A stretch of DNA of 63,751 nucleotides, filler included, from Octopus bimaculoides (Eukaryota), in assembly GCF_001194135.2 (NCBI RefSeq). It is 7 parts of 6 records of this genome, joined end to end, with 100 filler letters (N's around TTAATTAATTAA, not from the genome) between each part and the next. Parts side by side here need not be neighbours in the genome. Positions count along the whole stretch, not along the records: positions 1 to 30,462 come from NC_068985.1; positions 30,563 to 43,729 come from NC_068985.1; 5 more parts are not named here. The stretch is one strand, 5' to 3'. The position numbers and the translations under genes are program-made. A model generated the notes under the pieces. That model was not told the origin of the DNA. It saw only the letters and a program-made list of their open reading frames with translations, and did not search any database. Below are positions 23,091 to 35,299 of this stretch, in pieces. Position 1 is the first letter of the stretch. The number at the start of each line of letters is the position of its first letter.

Positions 23091-24828
23091 TTTATAGTTA
23101 ATAATATATCCTATATTCAGCTGTTATATACAATCAACTCCTTTAGGAGTTTGGAGTGGCAGAAATAGTGAGATACTTTCAAAATTTAGTGTTGCCTTTT
23201 TATATTCAGTTATATCCAGTATCAGAGTTGTGTTTGCTTTTCATGCTTTAATAAAACAAAATATCATGTATATATTGCGGTTGATTCAATTGACAACAGC
23301 TTTCCTTAAAAATTCCGTGCCTTGTGACAATGTAAGATGTTACTGTGTTTCTCTGTCTCCTCTGGATAAAAGAAAACTGCTGCTTGGCGATCAATGAATA
23401 ACTTGAAGAAGGAATTAACAGACAAAAATTATTAGATAACACCTCTTCCTATCAGCCTCTCCACCTTTCCCCTAAATCTGACTGAATAAAGAATAGAAGT
23501 TGAGAGATAGCCATAGTTAAAATGTTAGTTAAATAATGAACTTTGAACCAGATCACTTTGTTAGGCACCCTCCTCAACCCAATCAGATAAAAGTATGGTA
23601 TATTTTGCAAAGTGAATCTGTGACTGAATACCAAGACAGGGGTTACTTCATAACAACAATGACAAAAATTATAACAGTAATAACAACAACACTAAGCCAT
23701 TGATGTTGAAAATGATGATGACATTAATGTGTTTGTTAAAAAGGGGCAGTGCTCATGATCTTTGCAGGTCCTCACCAACAGGAGAGATTGATATATATAT
23801 TAATGTTCAGTTTGGACAATTGTAGGTCAATTTTTGTAGGAAAAAAAAAACAAAAAAATCAGCCGTAAAATCTAGACAGTGAAGTATTTTGTACAATTTC
23901 TTAGAGGATAAATATGCCCATTTCTCCTGTTCTCATTGCCTATAAAATACTGTTTTATGGATGATGGCAGAAGAGACAAAACGAATGTAGATGATGGTAG
24001 CTATTTCAGAATAGCAGAGACCATTGCAAGAGTGATAAAAGAAACAGAAGAGAATAAAATGGTACATCTATGGACCAGAAGCTGTCATGTGTTGATGATT
24101 GAATCGATACCAATCAGTTGAAGAGATTCCTTCTGGATGTGGTCTAGGGTAATCTTGGGCAAACTGTAGTCTACAGGCAGTTATTCAGCCCATGGAACTT
24201 TCAGAATGGCATGCCTAACAAAAAATTACCTTGAATTTTTTTAGTAGTGCAGCCCTCCAGATGATGAGCCATGTCACATGTGGTCTGCTTCTTGCAAAAG
24301 ATTGCCCATGCCTGGTCTAGGGTGTAGTATGTGAAGCAATAGCAGCAGCACTGTCTTATAAATGTGACTGGTACCACAATGTGGGTTTTGTGTGTTGTAG
24401 AGGGTTAATAATGGATTAAAGATGAAATGCTTCTGGGTTCTGGTACTTTAGTCTTTGTGATATGGGTTTGGCCTTGTTGCTATGAGAGAACATCATTACT
24501 TCTACTTTTACTGGTTTGAATCACTTGATTATGGCCATACTGGAGCACTGCTCTGAAAAGGTTTAAGTCTATCATATTGATCTCAGATGTCATCAGAGAT
24601 GAAAGGTACTTCATACCTGGTATAAAGAAAGATGACTTGGTCAGAATTAAATATAGCATGATAGTTTTTGTTTGATGTACTGACTGTGGTCACTCCACGC
24701 CAATATGCATACACACAGGTGCATGCATGCACACACACAAATGCATGAAAAATAAGTGAATAAAATATTGCAAAATTCCAGTTTCTTTTGGGTATCCCCT
24801 CATATATGTATGTGTACACACACACACA

Positions 24829-24830
<2 letters not shown>

Positions 24831-24908
<78 letters not shown>

Positions 24909-24912
24909 TATA
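24831..24912. repeat. (TA)n microsatellite
   Basis: Read directly. Confidence 0.95.
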
Positions 24913-24949
24913 TATTCATATATCTATATTCTATAGCAAGCCAACAGGA

Positions 24950-25220
24950 TCACTAGACTAGAAATTATTCCAGTTTCTGAGGCATTTCAGTGAGTGAGGG
25001 TACAAGATCATGCCTCTAAAGAGGATGCCATTCCATCACAGACATAACCCTGCTACCTAACCCACCAGCTGTTGAAGGTACTCATATTTAAGTAGAGTGA
25101 ATTGAAACAATGAAATGAAGTGCCTTGCTCAAGAATACAACATACTGCCTAGTCCAAGAATCCAACCCATGGATTAACAATTGCGAATCCAATATCTAAA
25201 CCACTATACCAAGCACCTCT
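24950..25220 (-). mobile_element. Old tRNA-headed SINE
   Basis: AATGAAATGAAGTGCCTTGCTCAAG segment and a tRNA-like head at the right end, related to family A heads. Confidence 0.6.
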
Positions 25221-25384
25221 ATACACACACACACAACACAATGGGCTTTTGCAATTAGGATGTTGTGATGTTCATTATTTTCCTGAAAGTATTAAGAATG
25301 GGCATGAAGTGAAACAAAAGCAACAAAATTGATAGCAGGTCATATACTTGTCTCCTGGGGAACTTAAATATTGTTGCACAGCAT

Positions 25385-25415
<31 letters not shown>

Positions 25416-25959
25416 TATATTTACCAACCATAAAGAAAGCATCATCATTATTTTCATTACTGTCCTCCTCCTCTACATCATCATCATGATTGTCTTTGTC
25501 ATCATCATCATCGTCATTGCTATCAGAATTGAACTAATATGCATGTGACCTTGTTATACAATAAGCAGAAGCACTGTATGGGTGTGTGTGTGTGTGTGTG
25601 TGTGTGTGCACTTATGTGTGTGAGTGTGTGGTTGTGTGTGTGTGTAAGTGTATGCATACTTATGTGTGTGTGTGTGTGTGTGCTTATGTATGAGTGCCCT
25701 CACACACACGTATGTTCACATCCCCCACACACACATGTGCACACACATATTCACACATACACCCACACATATTCTCACAAACACATGTTCAAACACACAC
25801 ATTAAACCAATCATTGTTGCTAAACGACTTCATATTAATTAACTCTATTGCCTTCAACAGGTAATGATTGGTTAATTGATTTCTCACTTGGCTTCTAAGT
25901 AAAAGATTATTGATATCAAATGTGACTACAAAATGATGAGGTCAATGTGACCTACTACT

Positions 25960-26755
25960 TGCACCCAAATTCTCTCCCACAGGGCCGACTACACAAAATA
26001 TCAATTGTCAAAAAATTTTTTAGAGTCTGCCTTTTTTTGGACATACGAACAATTGATGGGTTACCCACACACATCCCGATTAGAAGTATTGCACCAAGTT
26101 TTGCCAAAAGCTTGGTGATACTCAAGCTCAAACTATCCAGAAGATTCAGCAAATCTTTGGTGATGACACCATGGGCAAAACTCAGATCAAGGAGTGGTAC
26201 AACTGCTTCAAACAAGGTCGTACTCAGTGGAGAGTGAGGCACACTCAGGCAGGCCACCCACAAGTCAAAACAAGAAGTTAATTGAAAAGATTCAGTGATT
26301 AGTCATTGAAGACCATCATGCAGCAATCCAGGAAATTGCTCATGAAGTGGGAATAAGCACAGGATCAGCGCATTCCATTTCAATGGAGGGTTTGTGCATG
26401 CAGAAAGTGTTGGAGAAATTTGTCCCCCTGATGCTGGCAGAGCAGCAGAAGCAGCTCCACATGGAAATCGCTCAGGACATGCTTGATTGCACAAACCATG
26501 ACCTAGACTTCATGAAGACCATGAAGTTTGTGCTCTAGGTGTAACTACGTGTCTGTATTCTAGGTATAACTACCTATTTATACTCTAAGCATCTGTATTC
26601 TAGGCATAAGAGGTGGGAGCTGACATGGCCTACTGGTGTTAAAATTTTCATGCATGCACAGGAAGGGTGGTGTCACCTCCTACCCAAAGGATTTTGCCCA
26701 TGTGGCATTAGTTTTGGCAGAACAAAAATAGTCAGATACTTTTTGAACACACTAT
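25960..26755 (+). mobile_element. Mariner remnant (transposase N-terminal half)
   Basis: Broken frames IKEWYNCFKQGR, ESEAHSGRPPTS and IQEIAHEVGISTGSAHSI...KFVPLML.EQQKQLHMEIAQDML; TIR-like GATACTTTTTGAACACAC at ~26733-26750. Confidence 0.82.
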
Positions 26756-26769
26756 GCACGTATCAGTCC

Positions 26770-27100
26770 CATTGCATGGCATCTTGGGTAAGTGTCTTCT
26801 ACTATAGCCTCAGGCCAACCTTGTGAGTGGATTTGGTAGAGGGAAACTGAAAGAAGCTCATCATATATGTGTGTGTGTGTGTGTGTTTGTGTTTGTGTTT
26901 GTCCCTCACCACCACTTGACAACTGGTGTTGGTGTGTTTACTTCCCTGTAACTTAGAAGTTTGGCAAAAGAGACCTATAGAGTAAGTACCAGGCTTTAAA
27001 AAAAAGTACTGGGGTTGATTCTTTGAACTAAAAATTCTTCAAGATAGTACCCTGGCATAGCTGCAGTCTAATGACTGAAAAAAAGTAAAAAATAAAAGAT
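26770..27100 (+). mobile_element. SINE family B
   Basis: Collinear with other family B copies. Confidence 0.8.
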
Positions 27101-27103
27101 ATC

Positions 27104-27450
27104 ATCATCATCATTTAACGTCCTCTTTCCATGCTAGCATGGGTTGGACGATTTGACAGAGGACTGGCAAGCCAGAAGGCTGCACCAGGCTCCAATCTGA
27201 TCTGGCAGAGTTTCTACAGCTGGATGCCCTTCCTAATGCTAACCACTCCGAGAGTATAGTGGGTGCTTTTACGTGCCACCGGCACGAAGGTCAGTAAGGC
27301 GGTACTGGCAACGGCCATGCTCAAAAAGGTGTTTTTTACGTGCCACCTGCACAGGAGCCAGTCCAGCGTCACTGACAACGACCTCCCTCGAATGATTTTC
27401 TAACGTGCCACCAGCACAAATGCTAGAAGGCGATACTGGTAATGACTACG
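27104..27450 (-). mobile_element. SINE family D
   Basis: Reverse complement of the 4787-5150 architecture, with three GGCACGT units. Confidence 0.85.
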
Positions 27451-27939
27451 CTATATGTGTATATGCATGTGTTTCCATCTCTAATGAAATCCTACTCTAT
27501 GTAAGTTAAACATATAATAAAACATAATCTTACATTTCAAGACCTTCTGATAACCTTTTAAACTTCTCACATATGGGTTGTGGTTGTTGTTGGTGGTGGT
27601 GGTGGTAGGATCGATATTAGGTGTATTTTGCAGTTAACGGACCAAGAAGTTGCACAAACATATCTTTGTAACTCATAGTAGCGTAGGAGCTGTGGGGTAA
27701 GGAACTTTCCTTTAGTATCATTAGTTCTGGATGAGAGGAGCTGTTGTCGTTGAAAACTGTAGCTACTGTTGTTCACAATGAATAAAATGCACAATGCAGA
27801 TATGTTTTGCTTGACACAACAGCTACCAATCCCAGGCAGCGCCACTATGACTGATACCATTAATTTTGATGAAATAGCATAGAAGCCTCCACACGGTCAT
27901 ATGTCTTGCTAGAAACAGCAGTCAAATTGTTTTCAAATC

Positions 27940-28310
27940 ATATCCAATGTCTTAAACAGCAGGTTGTCCCATAGAAACCTCCAGTTGTCTTCTACATTGT
28001 GTGAAGCTATATCTCCGTCTATTTCGTCAAAGGCTTCAAGTAATACGTCTCTAAATCTGTCCATTTGCAGGATCTTTAAGCTTCCAGACCATTCTCCTCC
28101 ATGCTGGTCGTCTTCTGGGCAACCACTTGGCCCTGATCCCGAAGTCACTAACTACCAGTCTATGTTGTGGGGTACATTCTTCGCCTGGGAAGGTTTTGGC
28201 ATTTATAAGTAGCCATCTTTCCCTTTTTCTGGCGAGGATGTAATCAATTTGGCTAGTGTGTCTGCCAGAATGGTAGGTGACTAGGTGACTGGCAGGTTTC
28301 CTGAAGTTAG
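27940..28310 (-). mobile_element. RTE LINE fragment (endonuclease C-terminus and linker)
   Basis: Minus frame FRKPASHLVTYHSGRHTSQIDYILARKRERWLLINAKTFPGEECTPQHRLVVSDF...VWKLKDPANGQ/FRDVLLEAFDEI. Confidence 0.88.
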
Positions 28311-28317
28311 TATTGCA

Positions 28318-28756
28318 GCCATAATAAAATCCCGAGTTTCGGATGTCGGGGCAGAAACCTGCACCGGCATCTCTTCAGTTATCGAGGCAATTAAAATATG
28401 CCATGAAACACACACATGCGAGTCTGAGTGAGCATATGCATATAGACACATGCATATGAGTGTGCATGCACACGTCTATGTATGTACATGTGTGCACACA
28501 TGATTCTATGAGCTTTCTTACTCCTTTACTTTTTACGTCCTCCCCTTCGGTTTTTTCCCTTATTTAACGGTCATTCTAATAACGCTTTTGTCTTAATAGC
28601 GGTCATTTACATACTAATTTTCCTTTGTTTAATGGTCATTTTCATAGCATATTTTAATTGCCTCGATAACTGAAGAGATGCCGGTGCAGGTTTTCGTCCC
28701 GACATCCGAAAATCGGAGTTTTGTTATGGCAACTGAATAATTGTCACATATTATAT

Positions 28757-28802
<46 letters not shown>

Positions 28803-29015
28803 GGTGGGGGTAAGTCTGTTAATCGTTAATTAATGAAGTTAACATTTTTGTTAATAATTTAACTTTTGAGTTAACTTTGAAAATCATTATTGGAGGTCTC
28901 TATCACCTCTCCTGCTTTTCTTTTCCACAAAAAAGTGGCTTGCAGTGGGTTTGGAGGTCAAACTTTAATTGTCACTAAAAGCGACTAGAGTGCAAGTCTG
29001 CACCGACATTGCTAG
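28318..29015 (+). mobile_element. Second Helitron-like element with a long internal inverted repeat
   Basis: ~91-bp inverted arms at 28318-28408 and 28640-28730; 68-bp core at 28893-28960 shared with 6992-7059; short hairpin GTGCA-AGTC-TGCAC then CTAG at 29012-29015. Confidence 0.5.
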
Positions 29016-30061
29016 AAATAAGAATCAAAATACTATACATATATATATATATACATAAAATATAAATAATAGTATATACACACTCCCATAATNNNNNNNN
29101 NNNNNNNNNNNNNNNNNNNNNNNNNNNNNNNNNNNNNNNNNNNNNNNNNNNNNNNNNNNNNNNNNNNNNNNNNNNNNNNNNNNNNNNNNNNNNNNNNNNN
29201 NNNNNNNNNNNNNNNNNNNNNNNNNNNNNNNNNNNNNNNNNNNNNNNNNNNNNNNNNNNNNNNNNNNNNNNNNNNNNNNNNNNNNNNNNNNNNNNNNNNN
29301 NNNNNNNNNNNNNNNNGTCTCTATCACCTCTCCTGCTTTTCTTTTCCACAAAAAAGTGGCTTGCAGTGGGTTTGGAGGTCAAACTTTAATTGTCACTAAA
29401 AGCGACTAGAGTGCAAGTCTGCACCGACATTGCTAGAAATAAGAATCAAAATACTATACATATATATATATACATAAAATATAAATAATAGTATATACAC
29501 ACTCCCATAATTCATTTAGAGAGAGAAAAGGCTCTTACAGAACTAGTTTTGTTTTATTCATGGAGAATTTGTTTGGGATTGGAGCAGCCATGGTGATTAC
29601 TCACTCATATATTTCTGTGGTCAAATGGGTTTGGACAAAACAGGTTGTGACTGGCATTTGGGTGCACGGAAAATTGATTTGTAATAAGATTCATGGATAA
29701 AATAGTAATGGTAGTACATATAATCACTTTTAGAAAGGAAAAAGAGGTGGAGAGAAGGGAAACCAGTGGAAATGAGGAGGGGAAGACTAAAACAGAGGAG
29801 GAGAAGTGGGCTAAGAGGAAAATGTGGAAAAAATTAAAAGTGAGATAAATGGGATGAAATAAAATAAAATAAAAATATATGAAAAAAATAAACTTTATCC
29901 CCCTCCCAGCATTACCTGATCCCTCCTTGACACCCATAAATCTTGTTTGCATATGCCCTAATTCTACTGACCAGGGCTTTCCAACTAACTTTTATCAAAC
30001 AGTTCTCCTCTTGTTTCATACCTTCACCCTTTCCTTTTCTCATTTATATTTTGGTGTCCAA

Positions 30062-30248
30062 GGCATAGGTGTGGCTTTGCAGTAAGACATCTGCTTCCCG
30101 ACTACATGGTTCCAAGTTCAATCCCACTGCATGGCTTCTTGGGCAAGTGTCTTTTGCTATGACCCTGGGCCTACAAAAGTCGTGTATGTGAATTTGGTAG
30201 ATAGAAACTGAAAGAAGCCTATTATATATATATACACACACACACACA

Positions 30249-30281
<33 letters not shown>

Positions 30282-30290
30282 GCGAGTAAA
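30062..30290 (+). mobile_element. SINE family B, 5' half
   Basis: GGCATAGGTGTGGC head, GGTTCCAAGTTCAATCCC, GAAACTGAAAGAAGCC then microsatellite. Confidence 0.8.
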
Positions 30291-30462
30291 AATAAATACA
30301 AAAAAAGGTGGATTTTTTTGTATGATTGTGTATAGAGGAATATATTATTTTGCTTAAAAGAGTTCCAACACTGTCTGTTTTTTATGTTTTATTTATATTC
30401 CTGCAGAACTAATGTGGGGTATAGAATATGGAATATACAATATATAATATAATATACAATAT

Positions 30463-30562
30463 NNNNNNNNNNNNNNNNNNNNNNNNNNNNNNNNNNNNNN
30501 NNNNNNTTAATTAATTAANNNNNNNNNNNNNNNNNNNNNNNNNNNNNNNNNNNNNNNNNNNN
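30463..30562. other. Artificial scaffold spacer (44 N + TTAATTAATTAA + 44 N)
   Basis: Identical 100-bp construct also at 43730-43829, 50679-50778, 53094-53193, 58100-58199 and 62006-62105; the 12-mer has stops in all six frames. Confidence 0.97.
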
Positions 30563-30633
30563 GCTCATTAGGGAATATGCTACTTTCTATTAAAAAACTA
30601 TAGGTGTACTCGGTTAGGACAGATGTTAGCGTC

Positions 30634-30634
<1 letters not shown>

Positions 30635-30687
<53 letters not shown>

Positions 30688-31215
30688 TTCATTAGCATCT
30701 TTCAGTTCTGTTTCCATTTCTTGTCGAGTGTCTTCCTGACACCTATAGCAGGGAAACGTACTGTATACATTGGTAGCCCATTAAAACAAACCCACCAGAT
30801 TGTTCACTTACGGAGTCATGTTATAGAGAAAAGGGGGAAAGATAGAGAGAAAAAGGAAAAAATAAAAATAGAGAAGTAAACAAATAAAATAAAGGGGTGC
30901 AAACGAAAGAAAATTCACAGCGACAATGCTCTTCTCAATACGTGTGACGTACCAGCTAAGACAATCTTTTGCCCTTCCTGCATGGATGGTAAGCCAGGGA
31001 TCATTCTTAAATAATTTTTAGTTCCTTTTTTGATCATTCCAAGTGTTCCTCCAATCACTGGTATTGTAACCGTCTTGAGATGTGACATCTTTTCGATTTC
31101 GATTAGCAAATCTTTATATTTTCTGAGCTTATCAAATTCTTTTGCCGAGACATTATGGTCACAGGGTATGCTCTTGTCAATCAATAAACAACGGCATTGG
31201 TAAACAGGTTTTCTT
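30635..31215 (-). mobile_element. Dong/R4-type (restriction-like endonuclease) LINE 3' end, ending in (TAA)n
   Basis: Minus frame CLLIDKSIPCDHNVSAKEFDKLRKYKDLLIEIEKMSHLKTVTIPVIGGTLGMIKK...QKIVLAGTSHVLRRALSL*, then a 3' UTR and (TAA)n at 30635-30687. Confidence 0.82.
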
Positions 31216-32000
31216 ATGCCCAAGGCGCCACGCAGTAGGACTGAACCCGGAAGCATGTGGTGAGGAAACAAGCTTCTTACCATACAGCCACACCTACACA
31301 CACACACATGTATGTATGTGCTTGAGTGTACGTGTGTGCCTTTGCGTATGTTTGTCCCCTTGCACTGCTTGACAATAAGTGTTCGTTTGTTTACGTCCTT
31401 GTAACATGAGTTCAGCAATAAGTATGAGACTTAAGTATTAAAAGTACTGGGGTCGATTTGTTTGACTACCCTTCAAGGCGGTGCCCCAGTATGGTCACAG
31501 TTTAATGACTGAAACAAGTAAAACTAAAAAAAATAAAGATTAGGCATGGCTGTTTGGTAAGAGGTTTGCTTCCCAACCACATGGTTCCAGGTTCAGTTCC
31601 AATGCGTGGCACCTTAGGCAAGTGTCTTCTACTCTAGCTTTGTGCTGATCAAAGCCTTGTGAGTGGATTTGGTATACGGAAACTGAAAGAAGCCCGTCGT
31701 ATATATACGTGTGTGTGTGTGTGTGTGTTTGTCCCTCCCTCGTCGTTTGACAACTGATTTTAGTGTGTTTACGTTCCCGTAATTAGCGGTTCGCCAAAAG
31801 AGAAGGTATTCGGAAACTGAAAGAAGCCTCCCCCATTGTTTGACAACTGGTTTTTGTGTGTTTACGTCCGCGTAAATTCGGCAAAAGAATAGGGCTGAAT
31901 AAATATCAGGCTTAAAAGGGAAGTACTGGGGTCCATTCATTCGACTAAAAATTCAAAGTGGTGCCCCACTGAAAGACGTAAAGGCTGAAAATATTATGAC
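31208..32000. mobile_element. Cluster of family B SINE pieces (minus-strand head 31208-31297, plus-strand 3' half 31300-31530, plus-strand copy with internal duplication 31541-32000)
   Basis: Collinear with other family B copies; GGAAACTGAAAGAAGCC...TTTGACAACTG segment occurs twice (31679 and 31813). Confidence 0.8.
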
Positions 32001-32519
32001 AAAACATGCACAAAGACAATAATTTTTTTAAGAAATGGCGGCGTTGAAAACCAACGTTTATATATTTCTTTTGGAATTGACTAAATAAAAGACTTAAAGA
32101 ATATTTCAGAAAGTTTTGATGCGGAGACTGCTTAAGCATGCAGTCGTGTGGAATAAAGAAGGTTTTAAAAATACCACCTCAGAAAAGCTCTCTGTCATTG
32201 TGAATCATTGAAACGAGTAGCGTAGTTTCCACATGAGTAGTTTTATTTGTTCAGATAAAACTAGATGAATTTCTTTCAAAGATACTCTCCAAAGATTTGA
32301 ATGTTGGCCAAACAAAACTTACTTTGAGTGAAAAACAGATGAAGTAAATAACTTTTCAATAAAATTTCTGAATTTTTAGTTAATAGCTTTTTGTTACGGA
32401 GATTGATTTTCTCAGTTATAAATGAACTGGAATATTTAAATGATGTCTATGAGAGAGGCATGAATATCACCTAAACTCCTCCATGTGTTATTGTAACAAC
32501 TTGCTCTCATTTTCCGTTG

Positions 32520-32640
32520 TTCTTTTTTGCTGTTCTCTCTTTCGTTTCAAAGGAAAGAGAAGATAGAAAAAAGAAGGAAATATGAAAAGAGAGAGAGAAA
32601 GGGAAAGAAAGAAAGAGATAGATAGATAGATAGAGAGAGA

Positions 32641-32671
<31 letters not shown>

Positions 32672-33110
32672 TAATAATTTAGTAAATAAGTAAAAAATAA
32701 ACGGGGAGAAAGAGTACGGAGATGACAAAAATGAGTAAAAGAGGAGAGGTAGAGATAGTAGAAAGAAAAGAAACTAAAAAAAACCAGCGAAAAGTGGAAA
32801 AGAAAGAAAAGAAAAAGTAAAGAAGGATGATAAGAAAGAAAGGGAGACAGACAGAGAAGAAAAGAAATAACAAAATAGATGAATAAAAAGGAAGAGAAAA
32901 GAAGGAGCAGCGGAAAAAAAAAGAATAAGTAAAAAAAAGACAGGAAGTTAAGGGAGGGAAGAAGAAGGAACTAATGGCTGCAAAGAGCGAAAGAATACTA
33001 GCGAAAATAGAAAAAAGTGTGGGTTGTGGGTGGAAACTGGGTTTTGCGTACATTCTGGCCATTTCCTTAAAATCTGATTTACACTTCCTAGGTTCTCTTT
33101 TATTCAATTT
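32520..33110. repeat. Purine-rich (GA/AAG) low-complexity tract
   Basis: Read directly. Confidence 0.9.
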
Positions 33111-33715
33111 TATTTTATTTTTATTAAATAATCCTTATATTTAAAGTTTATTGCTCTTTTATAGTCAGAACGGATGACATTAATTGAAGCGACGCGTGTT
33201 GCTCTTTGCTTATGCTTTCATATACTGTTTAAGGTTTTCGTTTCATATTCTCTACTATTTTATTTTACACGAGAACCGTTGATTGATACTTAAGACACGC
33301 CTATTTTACAGACTTACGCTGATGTATGTATGCAGTAATATACATACACACATAAATCTATGCACACACACATACATACATACATACACACATACATATA
33401 GATGCATATATTGACACACATTTTCATAACAATATTTAAAATATGCATCAATAATCATATATTATTTATAAATTTTTGAAAACAAAACATGTGCCTATCA
33501 ATCCATCTAACCGATCAACCATTCATCCATCTACGGATGCACGTATACATGTATATACAAATGCGTATATATTCACAGTTTCGTACGTGTATGTATATGC
33601 ATATACGCAAACTGAGGTTCATTTATATTTGAATTTCTTTGCAAGATGTTTGTTTCTTAGTTCAAATTTTTAAAATTCTTTCTTCAATATAACAATAACA
33701 AACACATATGCATGC

Positions 33716-33810
33716 GTCTATCCGTCCGTCCGTCCGTCCGTCCATCCGTCCATCCATCCGTCCATCCATCCATCCATCCATCCATCCATCCATCCATCCA
33801 TCCATCCATC
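33716..33810. repeat. (CGTC)n grading into (CATC)n tetranucleotide repeat
   Basis: Read directly. Confidence 0.9.
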
Positions 33811-34202
33811 CGAGTCTCTTCATTCATCTTTCGAAACACGTATATGTAAAATTACATGCACACAAACATACGCTTTTGAAAGCAAACCCAACTAGCCTTC
33901 TCTGTCTGTCTATATATATATATATATATATACATNNNNNNNNNNNNNNNNNNNNNNNNNNNNNNNNNNNNNNNNNNNNNNNNNNNNNNNNNNNNNNNNN
34001 NNNNNNNNNNNNNNNNNNNNNNNNNNNNNNNNNNNNNNNNNNNNNNNNNNNNNNNNNNNNNNNNNNNNNNNNNNNNNNNNNNNNNNNNNNNNNNNNNNNN
34101 NNNNNNNNNNNNNNNNNNNNNNNNNNNNNNNNNNNNNNNNNNNNNNNNNNNNNNNNNNNNNNNNNNNNNNNNNNNNNNNNNNNNNNNNNNNNNNNNNNNN
34201 NN

Positions 34203-34235
<33 letters not shown>

Positions 34236-34263
34236 TATATCTATATATATATCTATATACATA

Positions 34264-34480
34264 CGATGGGGTGCTGAAAAATACCTAGTTTTAAGGGTAT
34301 CGTGAAAAGCCTGGTTGGAAGCCCAACCTTACTCGTTCTTTTACATGGCTTATAAAAACTGAAGCGCCGCTGCAATAAGTGTGTGAATCTGAGAGGGGAA
34401 TATTTTGAATAAAATCATAATTAAATGATCCTTCTGTATTTTCGTTTACTCAAAGCCAAGAACTTTTTAGCACGTCCTCG
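34264..34480 (+). mobile_element. Mariner-derived MITE (~217 bp)
   Basis: TA|CGATGGGGTGCTGAAAA left end and CAAAGCCAAGAACTTTTTAGCACGTCCTCG right end; matches both ends of 58933-60210. Confidence 0.85.
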
Positions 34481-34879
34481 CGCGCGCGCATGTGTGTATG
34501 CGTATGTGTGTATGCGCATGTGTGTATATGTGTATGCATATGTACATACATACATGACCCAATATATATAGGTGTATAATACTTTCTTAAACATAAAAAT
34601 AATAATGCTCGCGCGCACACATACATGAACACCCAAACACACACAAATACACTCAAACATGCACACATACTTTTGAAAATGTGGTCAATATTCAAATCAA
34701 TTTAATTAAATCAAAAACTGAAAAACAGTAACAATAAATAGTATTTCACCGTGACATTAATATGGAGAATATTTGATTGCTGATGAAATAAAAATGGCGT
34801 CAACCACTCGAACCTACTTTTATTGTTCTCGATGAGGCGGTACAATAAACGAAAAGAGACCTTTGCGACTGTCCCATAT

Positions 34880-35125
34880 TCTTTTATTCTTTTATTCTTT
34901 TACTTGTTTCAGTCATTTGACAGCAGTCATGCTCGAGCACCGCCTTAAAGGTTGTTAGTCGAAGAAATCGACACCAGGACTTATTGTTTGTAAGCCTAGT
35001 ACTTATTCCATCTGCTCTTTTGCCGAACCGCTTTGTTACGGGAGCATAAACATACCAACATCGGTTGTCAAGCGATAGCAGGGGAACAAACACACNNNNN
35101 NNNNNNNNNNNNNNNNNNNNNNNNN

Positions 35126-35161
<36 letters not shown>

Positions 35162-35272
35162 GACAGGCTTCTTCCACTTTCAGTCTACCAAATGCACTCA
35201 CAAGGCTTTGGCTGGCCTGGGGCTATTGTAGAAGACACTTGCCCAAGGCGCCACGCAGTGGGACGGAACAGT
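34880..35272 (-). mobile_element. SINE family B, near full length
   Basis: Collinear with other family B copies and retains CpGs. Confidence 0.88.
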
Positions 35273-35299
35273 AAGCCATATGATTCAGGTTGGTTTGTA

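Noticed and set aside
23248-23442. Minus-strand ORF with a good acceptor (TTTTCTTTTATCCAG)
   Set aside because: No matching strong donor in an open frame and no recognisable peptide
24585-24805. Possible mariner MITE remnant
   Set aside because: Only one TIR-like end (TATGAGGGGATACCCAAAAG on the minus strand) and no clear partner end or peptide
27567-27860. 97-aa minus ORF (KGKFLTPQLLRYYELQRY)
   Set aside because: No recognisable family and no convincing donor site; it ends in a microsatellite
28896-29511. ~197-bp direct repeat, which looks like LTRs or a second Helitron end
   Set aside because: Identical sequence on both sides of an N gap; assembly overlap
30507-30518. TTAATTAATTAA palindrome recurring six times
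   Set aside because: Always centred in exactly 44+44 N; artificial linker, not a regulatory site or CRISPR-like repeat
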